Source of the DNA: a virus
Length of the DNA: 64,000 bases
Reading direction: 5' to 3' (one strand)
IMG/VR virus record: IMGVR_UViG_3300035696_001556
Coordinates: 109,495-173,494 of that record
The notes beneath the pieces were generated by a model that worked only from the letters and a program-made list of their open reading frames with translations, ran no database searches and was not told the DNA's origin. A program made the position numbers and the translations under genes. This document shows positions 57,834-64,000 of the stretch, piece by piece. Position 1 is the first letter of the stretch, and the number at the start of each line of letters is the position of its first letter.

Positions 57834-59888
57834 ATGAAGTTGATTATAGTTGAATCTCCGGCCAAAATAAGAACTATCCAAGGATTCTTGGGTGGTGAAT
57901 ATAAATTAGCTGCGAGTATGGGGCATATTTATAGGATTATTCCAAAAGATAGCTCTATAGATATAAAAAATAACTATGAACCAACATATGAGGTTATCCC
58001 TGAAAAGACTAAAGTTGTTAGTGAGTTGAAATTGACAGCAAAAAAAGCAGAAATTATTTATATAGCTAGTGATCCAGACAGAGAAGGTGAGGCTATAGGA
58101 TACGACATTTTACATAGAGTTTTAAAAGATGTTAAATGTCCTATAAAACGTATTACTTTTAATTCTATTACAAAATCTGCTGTACTTGCAGCTTTAAAAA
58201 ATCCTAGAGATATAGATTTAAATCTATACCATGCTCAACAAGCTAGGTCTGTATTAGATATGCTCGTGGGTTTTAGGGTATCAAGAGTATTGTTTTCTAA
58301 GATAATGCGAGGTTTATCAGCCGGAAGAGTCCAATCTATAGGCTTAGAACTTATAGTGAATCGTCAAAAAGAAATAGATGCTTTTATTAAAGAAGAGTAT
58401 TGGGATATTGTTGGAAAATTTCAAACAAAAGATCATAAGAGCTTCACTGCTATGTATAATAGTAAAGAGAAGCTCACTAATGGGGAACAAACTAAAAAAA
58501 TAGCTGCTGATATAGAAAAAGAGCCTAAATGGGAAATAGAGTCTATTAATAAAGACACTAAATCCAGAAGTCCTACACCCCTATTTCATACCTCATCTCT
58601 TCAACAATTTTGTTATTCAGCCTGGGGTTGGGATAATAAAAAAACCATGAGTGTGGCACAGAAGTTGTATGAAGGTTTTCCTGTAGGGAATAATCCTAGT
58701 ACAGGATTAATATCTTATATGAGAACAGATTCTTTTAATATAGATCCTGAATCTCTTAAAAATGTAAGGGATATGATTCAAAACAAATATGGCTCTACTT
58801 ATATATCTAGTACTCCAAGATACTATAAATCTAAAAACAAAGCTGAACAATCTGGACATACAGGTATATTATGCCCTCATTTAGACTATACCCCTTCTAT
58901 AGTTAAAACCAGTATACCAGTAGATGAGGCTAAACTTTATGAAGCTATTTATAATAGATTTGTAGCATGCCAAATGTCTGATGCTACATTTGATACATCT
59001 AAAGTTACTATTAAATCGGGGAGTGCTAAACATATTTTTACAGCTAATGGTCAGACTATGAAATTTGATGGATACCTTAAAGTCTGGATATATTCTACAG
59101 CTAAGGAAGAAGTACTTCCAGTATTAAAAGAAAAAGAAGAAGTTTTTTTAGAATCTTTAGATCCACAACAACACTGGACTCAGGGTCCTCCAAGAATGAA
59201 TCCCGCATCATTGACAAAAGAAATGGAGGCTTCTGGAGTTGGAAGACCTTCCACCTACGTTTCCGTAATAGAAACTATAAAGAAAAGACAGTACGCTGAG
59301 ATAGTTGACAAAGCATTTGTCCCTACAGATCTTGGTAAAAAAGTGTGCGCTTTTCTAATACCTAACTTTCCTGAGCTTATGGATGTAGAGTATACTGCAA
59401 GAATTGAAGATCAGCTTGACGATTGTGCAGAAGGCAAGATTGTGTGGTATAAAGTAGTAGATGAATTTTACAAAGAATTAAAAAAAAGACTGGTAGCTTC
59501 TAAAGATGCTCCTTCTATGCGCACTAACGAAGCCACCACTATTCTTTGCCCTACTTGTGGCAAATATAATCTTGTTAAAAAAAATGGTAGATACGGAAAC
59601 TTCTATGGATGCGCTGGATATGCCGACAAAAAGAAATGTAAAGCTACATTTAAAATAGGACCGGATGGGCAACCCATTATCGCTCCTGTTGTGGAGAAAG
59701 TATATTTAGAAGGTGTGAAATGTGACAAGTGTGGTAAAAAGATTGTTGCTAGAAAATCTAAAAGAACCGGAAAAGAATTCTATGCTTGTAGTGGTTTTCC
59801 AAAATGTAAAAGATTATTTGATGCAGGAGGTAATCACTTAGAGTTTAAAAAGAAATTTTATAATAAAAAAACCAACCAAAATGCTTAA
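57834..59888 (+). CDS. topA: type IA DNA topoisomerase I
   Basis: LIIVESPAK, ASMGH, ASDPDREGEAI, SAGRVQ, GLISYMRTDS (catalytic Tyr), GVGRPSTY, two C4 zinc ribbons; RBS GGAG before ATG 57834. Confidence 0.95.
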   Translation: MKLIIVESPAKIRTIQGFLGGEYKLAASMGHIYRIIPKDSSIDIKNNYEPTYEVIPEKTKVVSELKLTAKKAEIIYIASDPDREGEAIGYDILHRVLKDVKCPIKRITFNSITKSAVLAALKNPRDIDLNLYHAQQARSVLDMLVGFRVSRVLFSKIMRGLSAGRVQSIGLELIVNRQKEIDAFIKEEYWDIVGKFQTKDHKSFTAMYNSKEKLTNGEQTKKIAADIEKEPKWEIESINKDTKSRSPTPLFHTSSLQQFCYSAWGWDNKKTMSVAQKLYEGFPVGNNPSTGLISYMRTDSFNIDPESLKNVRDMIQNKYGSTYISSTPRYYKSKNKAEQSGHTGILCPHLDYTPSIVKTSIPVDEAKLYEAIYNRFVACQMSDATFDTSKVTIKSGSAKHIFTANGQTMKFDGYLKVWIYSTAKEEVLPVLKEKEEVFLESLDPQQHWTQGPPRMNPASLTKEMEASGVGRPSTYVSVIETIKKRQYAEIVDKAFVPTDLGKKVCAFLIPNFPELMDVEYTARIEDQLDDCAEGKIVWYKVVDEFYKELKKRLVASKDAPSMRTNEATTILCPTCGKYNLVKKNGRYGNFYGCAGYADKKKCKATFKIGPDGQPIIAPVVEKVYLEGVKCDKCGKKIVARKSKRTGKEFYACSGFPKCKRLFDAGGNHLEFKKKFYNKKTNQNA

Positions 59889-60723
59889 ACCTGTTATAAA
59901 AAATGGTAAAATTTTAAAATCTTTGGTTATTAAAATTTGTGATAGCTGTGGTAAAGAACTCGTAACAGATACCTATACAGCTAAAACTCAACGAAAGCAT
60001 AGATCTCATAACAATGATAAGGATTTTTGTTGGGGGTGTTCTCAAAAAAATAGAGTAATGCCAAAAGGAGAAAACTATGGAAATTTTATACACGGAATTA
60101 GTAATCAGGGTTATAGGAGAGTTACAGTGGATGGAGTACGTCAACAAGAGCACAAATACATATACGGTCTGAGTATAGGTAGAAAATTAGAAAATCAGGA
60201 ACAGGTTCATCATATAGATTTTAATAAATTAAACAACAACATAGAGAATCTTTACCTATGTAAGTCCCTTTCGGAGAATTTTAAATTAAACGTATCTATG
60301 CAAAAGTGTGGTTTTATTTTTTTGAATAAAAGAATATGGTTTGACTACAAAAAGAAAGTATATTCTTTAAATAAAAGTAATGTACCAGACATCAAAGAGC
60401 CCGTTGTTCTTTTACCCGCTTATGCTAAAAAACTTTATGTTAAGAAAAGCAGGGACACATTCTATGTCATGTACTTAAGAAAAAGACATGATTGGCAAAG
60501 ATATCACATTGCTGTAATGGAGGCCTTCATAGGTAGAAAATTTAAAAAAGGGGAAGGTGTTCACCACATAAATGGGAATACTTTGGATAATTCAATAAGA
60601 AATCTGTGTTTAGTAACAAATGCAGAGCATCAAAACGCACATAAATCTTTGTTGGCCTGCGCAGCAGAGCTGTTTAGAAGAGGTTTATTAACTTTCTCAA
60701 ATGGAGAGTACAAGTGTGGATAA
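59881..60723 (+). CDS. HNH homing endonuclease with two HNH domains
   Basis: EH..GRKL..VHHIDFNKLNNNIENL and YH..GRKF..VHHINGNTLDNSIRNL..H; N-terminal CxxC..CxxC. Confidence 0.85.
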   Translation: MLKPVIKNGKILKSLVIKICDSCGKELVTDTYTAKTQRKHRSHNNDKDFCWGCSQKNRVMPKGENYGNFIHGISNQGYRRVTVDGVRQQEHKYIYGLSIGRKLENQEQVHHIDFNKLNNNIENLYLCKSLSENFKLNVSMQKCGFIFLNKRIWFDYKKKVYSLNKSNVPDIKEPVVLLPAYAKKLYVKKSRDTFYVMYLRKRHDWQRYHIAVMEAFIGRKFKKGEGVHHINGNTLDNSIRNLCLVTNAEHQNAHKSLLACAAELFRRGLLTFSNGEYKCG

Positions 60724-61171
60724 AAGCATAATGGAAACTGAAGAAAAAGAAGAAGTTGTTCAGGAAGGTTTTACTGAGGAAGTCTGGTTCCTTTATGGTA
60801 TCAGGATCTTAAACTTTTTCTTTGGTTTCACTGTTTATCAGAACAAAGGAGAAGTGGCTTACGTAACCTTTGACTGGAAGAAAGCTTTCTCGTTTCTCCC
60901 TTTCATCAAAGACGCCAACAAATTCCTTATTGGGTTCTATCACACGCACCCGGGCGGTGACCCTGCTCCTAGCGGCACGGATACTTCTACGATGGGCACA
61001 TGGGTAAAAGCAATGGGAAAACCTATGCTAGCAGGAATTAAAAGCGGTAACCGTCAGAAATGCTATCTCTACAAGAGAGTCGCACCCAGATCCTCCGACA
61101 TAAAGTATAAGAGGATAAGCTCTACCTGGAACGGTAAGCTGTTTTGCGGTATATATACGGAGGGAAAATAA
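60701..61171 (+). CDS. JAB/MPN+ (Mov34) metallopeptidase
   Basis: Upstream EE plus JAMM motif GFYHTHPGGDPAPSGTD (HxH-x7-S-x2-D). Confidence 0.85.
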   Translation: MESTSVDKSIMETEEKEEVVQEGFTEEVWFLYGIRILNFFFGFTVYQNKGEVAYVTFDWKKAFSFLPFIKDANKFLIGFYHTHPGGDPAPSGTDTSTMGTWVKAMGKPMLAGIKSGNRQKCYLYKRVAPRSSDIKYKRISSTWNGKLFCGIYTEGK

Positions 61172-61220
61172 AGTTGTTGGATTCGTAGTTATTAAAAAGT
61201 ATATTAGTGCAGGAGGCATC

Positions 61221-61865
61221 GTGAACACACTCGTCCATGAAGAAGTCTACCGAGGAAAAAAGCTCCTCGATAAAATGGCTGTACAGCACCTAATAGTGTG
61301 TGGCTGCGGAGCAGTAGGCTCGAATCTTATCGATAATGCTGTACGACAGGGGTTCAAGAAGATAACGGTAATCGACTTCGACCGTATAGAGGACCACAAT
61401 AGACACACCCAGGTGTGGGATAAAAGACTCGTTGGATCCCTTAAGGCTGCGGCTATCAAAAACTATGTCTTTAACGTTATGAGCGATGCGAATGTAGAGG
61501 CTGTTACCAAGAAACTGGATGAGACCAATATCAAAAAGCTTTTCGTAACAGGAGGTATCGTTGTAGACGGGTTTGATAACTCTGCCAGCAGGAAGCTTGT
61601 TACCTCCTACTGTAAAGAGCATAAGATCACTTGTCTTCACGTAGGTCTTTATAAAGACTATGCTGAAATCATTTGGAACGAATACTACAAGCCGCCAGAG
61701 CCCTCTACGGCTGCGGATGTCTGTGAGTATCCCTTGGCCAGGAATGTCATTCTTATGGCTACTGCAGTGGCTACAGACGTCCTTATCAGGTATTTGGCCT
61801 CCGGAGTAAAAGAATGTTACATGATAACACTTAAGGATTTTAAGATCACGAAGATGGAAAGATAG
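61221..61865 (+). CDS. ThiF/E1-like ubiquitin-activating adenylyltransferase
   Basis: GCGAVGS, IDFDRIEDHNRHTQ, KA, VDGFDN..R; candidate thioester Cys in DVCEYP; GTG start with RBS AGGAGG. Confidence 0.9.
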   Translation: MNTLVHEEVYRGKKLLDKMAVQHLIVCGCGAVGSNLIDNAVRQGFKKITVIDFDRIEDHNRHTQVWDKRLVGSLKAAAIKNYVFNVMSDANVEAVTKKLDETNIKKLFVTGGIVVDGFDNSASRKLVTSYCKEHKITCLHVGLYKDYAEIIWNEYYKPPEPSTAADVCEYPLARNVILMATAVATDVLIRYLASGVKECYMITLKDFKITKMER

Positions 61866-61866
61866 C

Positions 61867-62628
61867 ATGCGTTGTCCTAATTGCGCTACAGACATATCTG
61901 AGACTCAAGGTTATGTAAAGCTCGTTGATGAGATGAATGAGGCCTTGAATTTTTTGGAAGGACACCCAGCACTTGGAGGTGGCACTGTTTTCACCATTAA
62001 CGATCTTTTGTGGTATTCTGTGCAAGAAGTTTGTAAGAGAGGCTACTGCAGGCTATGCAAAGGTGAAATAGATCTACACTACACTCCAGAGAACTACAAA
62101 AAATATAAAGAACTCTTTGATGAGGAAATTAAACAGATAGAGCCAGGACTTAAAACTTTTGCCAGGATAAGTGTTCCATATGCGGATCATTTTGGAGAGC
62201 CTTGGAAATTTGATCATGTAGAATATTGGGGAGAACTTTCTATCGTTATATTTCGTGGGATGAATTTTGACAAGTACTATGACATTAGAAATTGGGAAAG
62301 GCTCCAAGGCGTAGAAGCAAGTAGCCGCTCTTTTGAAGAACTTATTATTAACATAGCCGATGAGGTTAAGAAACTTTTTGGTAATTTTTCGGAGGAAAAT
62401 TTTCTCACAGAAAAAGAAAAAGAAAATCACAGGGCTGAGAATCCCTTCTTTTTTGTTAAATGCAAAGACAAACCGAACTGCAGTCAGATGAAACATAACA
62501 GAAGCTATATGATGGTTACAGATGCGGAGATAAATCGAAGGTGGTTTAAATGGTTTGTGAAGACTCCTTACGGTAAGAAAAACTGGGCAGAAACATATAA
62601 AGAGGCACTATCTTGGAAAGACAAATAG
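61867..62628 (+). CDS. hypothetical protein with N-terminal CxxC
   Basis: 253 aa; starts 1 nt after the E1 stop. Confidence 0.7.
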   Translation: MRCPNCATDISETQGYVKLVDEMNEALNFLEGHPALGGGTVFTINDLLWYSVQEVCKRGYCRLCKGEIDLHYTPENYKKYKELFDEEIKQIEPGLKTFARISVPYADHFGEPWKFDHVEYWGELSIVIFRGMNFDKYYDIRNWERLQGVEASSRSFEELIINIADEVKKLFGNFSEENFLTEKEKENHRAENPFFFVKCKDKPNCSQMKHNRSYMMVTDAEINRRWFKWFVKTPYGKKNWAETYKEALSWKDK

Positions 62629-62849
62629 AAGGTATATCTATGATAGATCATTTTTTAGAAATAACTAAACTGTCAAAGTATGTACCAACCCAAAAAGAAA
62701 AAGAAGATAACATATCTCACATAAAGAAAATAACTAGCACTCTTCCTGGAAAGTTATATGGTTTAAAAATTAAACCATGCAAGAAAAATGGGATAATAAT
62801 GTACAGCGTGCAGTTTAAATTTTTACCTTATCTACCACCATATTTTTAA
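62613..62849 (+). CDS. small hypothetical protein
   Basis: Fills the gap; probable ATG near 62640. Confidence 0.45.
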   Translation: MERQIEGISMIDHFLEITKLSKYVPTQKEKEDNISHIKKITSTLPGKLYGLKIKPCKKNGIIMYSVQFKFLPYLPPYF

Positions 62850-62872
62850 ACAAAAATTGAAAGGAAAGAAAA

Positions 62873-63082
62873 ATGAGTGTAAACTGGACCCCATCAGGGA
62901 AAACCATTCCTGTTGCAGAGTATAGGTCAATGGTTTCATGGCGTGAAAGTAAACGCTATCGGGAAATCACTGGTTTTGGAAATGAGACTGAGTTGAAGAA
63001 GATAGTTAAGTCTTTCAATCCAAAGCCAGAAGTGGCTATTGAGGAAGGAAAGGCTGGATCCAATAATGAAAAAACAAAATAA
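62873..63082 (+). CDS. small hypothetical protein
   Basis: RBS AAAGGA. Confidence 0.55.
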   Translation: MSVNWTPSGKTIPVAEYRSMVSWRESKRYREITGFGNETELKKIVKSFNPKPEVAIEEGKAGSNNEKTK

Positions 63083-63299
63083 AGCAGATAGCCTGGAAGA
63101 TCGCAAACTTCAACACAAGATTCGGACAAAAACAATGCTGACTCGCCGTCATATTGTTTCCCCATTCTATGTCAGGATTTCAGATAACCCTGTATCTAAA
63201 ACGAAGGAAGTAGGTGACGGAGGAGTGGTTGTTGATTTTGATAAAGAAGGCATGATCGTAGGCGTTGAGTTTCTCGTTAGCGCAACATTAGAAATTTGA
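63039..63299 (+). CDS. DUF2283-like small protein
   Basis: YVRISDNPVSKTKEVGDGGVVVDFDKEGMIVGVEF. Confidence 0.65.
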   Translation: MRKERLDPIMKKQNKADSLEDRKLQHKIRTKTMLTRRHIVSPFYVRISDNPVSKTKEVGDGGVVVDFDKEGMIVGVEFLVSATLEI

Positions 63300-63360
63300 G
63301 TTATGATACTCTGTTAATGTCCTTTCTAATACAGGAAAAGCATTAACAGAGAGGTATTAA

Positions 63361-63639
63361 GTGGAGCGCAAAGAACACAATGAGATCGCAGCAATTTGTA
63401 GAGATGCACTCATCGAGAAAAAGATTGAGATTAAAAAACTTCCAGTGATACCGTGGGACAATATTGTCTTCACTTTTTGTGAGGGATTAGACGGAACTGA
63501 GCTGGATGAAAAACGCATAGCAGACATGTTTATAGCGGTCGTGAGGCAGGACAAGAGGATACAAGCTATCCTGACGCCGGAAGAAAAAGAGCTAATAGAC
63601 AAGAATAGTGACTTGGTTGAAGAAAAAAAGCATTCTTGA
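63361..63639 (+). CDS. hypothetical protein
   Basis: GTG start with RBS GAGGT. Confidence 0.6.
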   Translation: MERKEHNEIAAICRDALIEKKIEIKKLPVIPWDNIVFTFCEGLDGTELDEKRIADMFIAVVRQDKRIQAILTPEEKELIDKNSDLVEEKKHS

Positions 63640-63649
63640 TTTGATTTAT

Positions 63650-64000
63650 GATCCCGTGAGCGAGAAAGCCCACGGCTTTAGCCGTGGGATGAAAGCGAAC
63701 AATATCGTTTGACTATTTTATAACTAAGTATATATTTAATAAGGCTTAGTTCTCTGGTTCTTTCAAAGCTGAAAACGCTGGTTAGAACCCACTAGAAAAA
63801 GAGAATTTTAAGCTTAAAAAATCTCCTTGCTTCAGAGTCACTTAACAGGGAAGTGACAACCTTTAAATAAGGCCTGATTCGGAGAAACTCCCAAAAATTT
63901 CTGTTAAAACCCAGACTCGGATTAGAGTCTGTTGAGTAGCCTACGCATTTGCTGTAAGGCATCTGCGAGGGCTAGGACTCATAGAAGCCTTCGACTTTAG
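63650..64000. mobile_element. ORF-less IS200/IS605-family derivative or element end (runs off the window)
   Basis: Subterminal-type hairpin AAGCCCACGGCTTTAGCCGTGGGATG (63666-63691) and a second related end AGAAGCCTTCGACTTTAG (63983-64000), with no ORF between. Confidence 0.65.

Noticed and set aside
60701-61865. Thiamine/molybdopterin sulfur-transfer or CBASS/Bil defence locus
   Set aside because: No ThiS/MoaD Gly-Gly carrier, biosynthetic genes or CD-NTase in the window; the E1 is stand-alone and lacks the zinc-binding CxxC pairs
703-63602. Numerous short minus-strand and nested alternative-frame ORFs in the track
   Set aside because: Shadows of long plus-strand genes, without RBS or domain evidence
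1-64000. Alternative genetic code, or introns/inteins in replication genes
   Set aside because: Code 11 gives dense, full-length ORFs, and the polymerase, helicases, ligase and topoisomerase show uninterrupted motif order

Overview
A 64-kb, AT-rich, entirely plus-strand-coded fragment of a large (jumbo-type) tailed phage, most likely a myovirus. About 0-31 kb is a baseplate/tail-fibre module: gp25-like and baseplate-J-like proteins, two paralogous giant baseplate proteins, collagen-like GxT-repeat, PKD, Ig and LamG fibre proteins, and a GT2 glycosyltransferase. About 31-45 kb is replication and repair: SNF2 helicase, a degenerate loader, DnaB, a stand-alone primase zinc finger, family A DNA polymerase, a sigma-like factor, NADAR and an NAD-dependent ligase. 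About 47-64 kb is accessory. The main discovery is at 52.0-61.9 kb. A promoter- and terminator-bounded array of six modular non-coding RNAs sits there. Each RNA has a boxA-like leader and a conserved closing stem (invariant GGCNTACAT ... GCA-helix-ACTY) carrying a different cargo: two non-tRNA hairpin domains, two linear tRNA mimics, and two circularly permuted tRNAs. The array lies directly upstream of a ubiquitin-like protein and a Ro60/TROVE-like vWA protein. A putative divergent E2, a JAB peptidase and an E1 follow further on. This looks like a phage-encoded Ro60/Y-RNA-like RNP coupled to a ubiquitin-like conjugation cascade. The window ends in an ORF-less IS200/IS605-type element. All calls come from motif recognition and by-eye base pairing; no searches or folding programs were run.
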